Positions 63,092 to 64,000 of a stretch of 64,000 nucleotides of DNA are shown in pieces (positions within the stretch are counted from its first letter, which is position 1; every line of letters begins with the position of its first letter). The notes below the pieces were generated by a model. It saw nothing but the letters and a program-made list of their open reading frames with translations, was not told the origin of the DNA and did not search any database. A program made the translations under genes and the position numbers. Source of the stretch: a virus (Duplodnaviria; Caudoviricetes); the IMG/VR virus record IMGVR_UViG_3300049216_000249, positions 1,842-65,841 of that record; one strand, 5' to 3'.

Positions 63092-63297
63092 GGCAAAACC
63101 TCTGCCGCGCTAGTCACCCCGCACCCGCACTTGATACCAGCGCCGTGCAGCACCGCGTGGGTCTTGCCGCACCCCTGACAGACGAATGTGCGAGTGGCTG
63201 GTTGACCCATGAAGGCGCGCATCTGCATCTCGTCCAGGCTGGCGCGAAAGTCGGCCTCCCCCTGGTCAAGCAGGTCCTGGCGACACTCCCCGCTCAT
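63088..63297 (-). CDS. Small Zn-ribbon protein
   Basis: CQGCG...CGCG. Confidence 0.65.
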   Translation of the reverse strand: MSGECRQDLLDQGEADFRASLDEMQMRAFMGQPATRTFVCQGCGKTHAVLHGAGIKCGCGVTSAAEVLP

Positions 63298-63779
63298 CCC
63301 CCCGCCTCCTGGGCTGCGGCGCGGAGGGCGTAGCTGTGACCCTCAATCCACGCGGCGTTCAACAGGCCAGCGTGATCCTGGGCATCGATCTCGCCCTCGT
63401 CGTGGGTCCACTCCACACTGGTGCCCGTCGCGGTTGCCAGGTTCAGAACCGTCCAGCCCGCAACGGCGCCCCCACAACATCCGCAGCGCGCGTTATTCAG
63501 GCGCACGACGGCATACGGCCCCTGTTCATCTGGATCTCGGACAATCCATTGTGGATCCCATCCGTTTTCGCGCAACACTTCGTCGCTTGCCGGGCGGAAC
63601 CTTGGAGCGTCCGTGTCCCCAACCGCATCCGCCTGGGGCGCGGGTGGGAGGGGCAGGGCGCGGATATCCCTAGCGAGACACCTGGCCGCTACCGCGCCGC
63701 CATCACGGGGGTAGTATGTGCTAGCGAGTTCATCGCACAACACAGCAGCCGCCTCCCTCACCCCCGCCGCGTCACTCAT
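63294..63779 (-). CDS. Hypothetical phage protein
   Basis: REAAAVLCD...ARDIRALP N-terminal motif; ATGA couplings. Confidence 0.7.
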   Translation of the reverse strand: MSDAAGVREAAAVLCDELASTYYPRDGGAVAARCLARDIRALPLPPAPQADAVGDTDAPRFRPASDEVLRENGWDPQWIVRDPDEQGPYAVVRLNNARCGCCGGAVAGWTVLNLATATGTSVEWTHDEGEIDAQDHAGLLNAAWIEGHSYALRAAAQEAGG

Positions 63780-64000
63780 GCGGCACCGGAGGCATTGATC
63801 ATCCGATGCACCAAATCCACGGCCGAGCGCTGAAGGTCGGTGCGGGTTTGCGCCAATGCGGCCCAGGCGGCGGCCCCGGCGGCGGCCCAGGCGGCGTCCC
63901 CGGCGGCGGCCCAGGCGGCGTCCCTGGCGGCGTCCCTGGCGGCGTCCCTGGCGGCGTCCCTGGCGGCGTCCCTGGCGGCGTCCCTGGCGGCGTCCCTGGC
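63776..64000 (-). CDS. 3' end of an Ala-rich tetrapeptide-repeat protein (starts beyond the window)
   Basis: ...(ARDA)7 [46 protein letters not shown]. Confidence 0.8.
   Translation of the reverse strand, partial: ARDAARDAARDAARDAARDAARDAARDAAWAAAGDAAWAAAGAAAWAALAQTRTDLQRSAVDLVHRMINASGAA
63857..64000. repeat. 12-bp tandem repeat (at least 12 units)
   Basis: GGCGTCCCTGGC x7 (63917-64000) plus 5 variant units. Confidence 0.95.

Noticed and set aside
1-64000. Genome-wide TAG recoding suggested by the in-frame amber at 59681
   Set aside because: repA, portal, the decoration gene and others end at TAG at their expected C-termini, and long genes are not interrupted by TAG
1-64000. tRNA, rRNA, integrase, transposase, protelomerase
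   Set aside because: No such motifs recognised by eye; tRNAscan and HMM searches are needed to exclude them formally

Overview
The window looks like most of the genome of a GC-rich temperate myovirus that is maintained as a plasmid (phage-plasmid). The host is probably alphaproteobacterial (inference from GapR-like, DUF6456-like and RepA_C genes). Left to right: a leftward early operon (cro, GapR-like, RuvC-like resolvase, DUF1376/O-like initiator with internal repeats, late-regulator-like gene); cI; a rightward early operon (RecT, MarR, 1674-aa DarB-like methylase-SNF2 helicase); a plasmid module (parA-parG, seven iterons, RepA); an acr-aca-like two-gene moron; and a ~31 kb leftward late operon (ParB/MTase, terminase, portal, MuF, Nudix-fused prohead protease, capsid, sheath, tube, chaperone with frameshift, SLT tape measure, baseplate, fibres, lysis). 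Two convergent accessory operons follow (NDT-like, gp88-like, C5 MTase with a nested alternative-frame ORF, HNH, ASCH, DUF1643). I saw no integrase, tRNA, rRNA or CRISPR array. The strongest unexplained signals are: (i) three consecutive tail-fibre-region genes with Sec signal peptides; (ii) a stand-alone, separately promoted paralog of the MuF C-terminal domain ending in KRPFWKFW; (iii) a 15-bp palindromic operator TGTGCA-N3-TGCACA dispersed genome-wide, paired with a repressor that seems to lack the autocleavage dyad; (iv) an AbcR-like anti-Shine-Dalgarno sRNA. All family calls come from motif recognition by eye, not database searches.
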